A stretch of 64,000 nt of DNA from Perna viridis (Eukaryota): NCBI GenBank assembly GCA_037379345.1, contig CM074522.1:14942001-15006000 (forward strand), in the 5' to 3' direction. The first letter of the stretch is position 1, and every line of letters begins with the position of its first letter. The notes under the pieces are model-generated. The model worked only from the letters and a program-made list of their open reading frames with translations, was not told where the DNA came from and did no database searches. Positions 63,165 through 64,000 of the stretch are shown here, in pieces. Position numbers and translations under genes: made by a program.

Positions 63165-63761
63165 CTGATCATAGAATAAAGTTCATTATTCAGGCTTTTG
63201 AGTAAATACAGAAGCATTTTGTGGAAAGCCTGCTGACAATTTCATAAGTATTTCAGTACCTGTCCGCATAAAATTCTGTCACTACCAATAGTAAAGTGAT
63301 TCATGGTGTAGAAAAACCCACCAAACAATGTCTTTTCACTCTACATATGCTACTTTCAAATAACGATAATCATTTCTGCATTCAAATCTGCACTTTTTAG
63401 AAAATCATACATTTATCTGCCACTAAAATCAACCAAATTCAACCAAATAAAGAACGATAACCATTGCAAAGTGCAAATTTCGTGTACAATCTTTATCATT
63501 TTTATCTCAAAAGCGCAACAACCGAATAAAAAACTGAGACTTGTTATTTGATCAGTTACTGTTTCTGAACAAAAAATAAAATCGAACAAGGTGGGTTTCT
63601 GACATGTATGAATCATCCCCTGTCTGATTTTTATAAAGACTGATACTTAAATGAAAAGGTACATTGTGTATGAAAAATATAATCGTTGAGTTTCTGTTTA
63701 TCATGGGATATATCAATAAAACACCGAAAAATGCATGTGACTATTCTAAATAAAAAAAATA

Positions 63762-63787
63762 GCCCCGTGCAGATCCGGGTGTCAAAA
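63762..63787 (+). mobile_element. 26-bp head-only remnant of the SINE
   Basis: gccccgtgcagatccgggtgtcaaaa. Confidence 0.7.
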
Positions 63788-64000
63788 ATAAGATAGAAGT
63801 GAATTGAATGAATCAGCAAGCAATTATTGTCATTCCTGACAGTAGTATACCGTTTGCAAAGTTGCAGATGAAGGTTTTAATCGGCCGAAGCATTTCGTTT
63901 TTTTTTATTTAGAATAATTTAAATCAATACGAACAAATGTATCCTCACACTTGGTAAAGACAAAAAATAAAGCAATAAAAAAAAAACAAAAACAAAAGCA

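Noticed and set aside
63169-63396. Possible NUMT read with TGA=Trp
   Set aside because: The translation resembles no mitochondrial protein I recognise and continues into a signalling-type tail.

Overview
AT-rich animal genomic DNA whose repeat families resemble those of bivalve molluscs (inference, not verified). 1-39 kb: the 3' part of a spliced + strand PLEKHG5/Syx-like DH-PH RhoGEF gene. Fourteen coding exons were read by hand (about 883 aa in window, ending ...DVEASEV*); the start lies upstream of the window. The introns hold two candidate alternative first exons, minisatellites (two seeded on splice donors), MITEs and a 138-bp inverted repeat flanking one exon. 39.2-41.7 kb: 5'-truncated Penelope-like retroelement on the minus strand. 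49-61 kb: nested transposon cluster made of a TTAA-flanked MITE split by a 6-kb hAT pseudo-element, a CR1-type LINE 3' end, an I/Nimb-like endonuclease fragment and 12 segments of a ~510-bp SINE-like element (a 13th, head-only fragment lies at 63.8 kb). That element has no tRNA head, a highly structured 5' region and 12-bp TSDs, and is the best candidate for an undescribed system. 62.5-63.2 kb: minus-strand exon encoding a transmembrane helix plus a tyrosine-motif-rich tail. All coordinates were counted by eye; repeat boundaries may be off by a few bases. No database searches were run.
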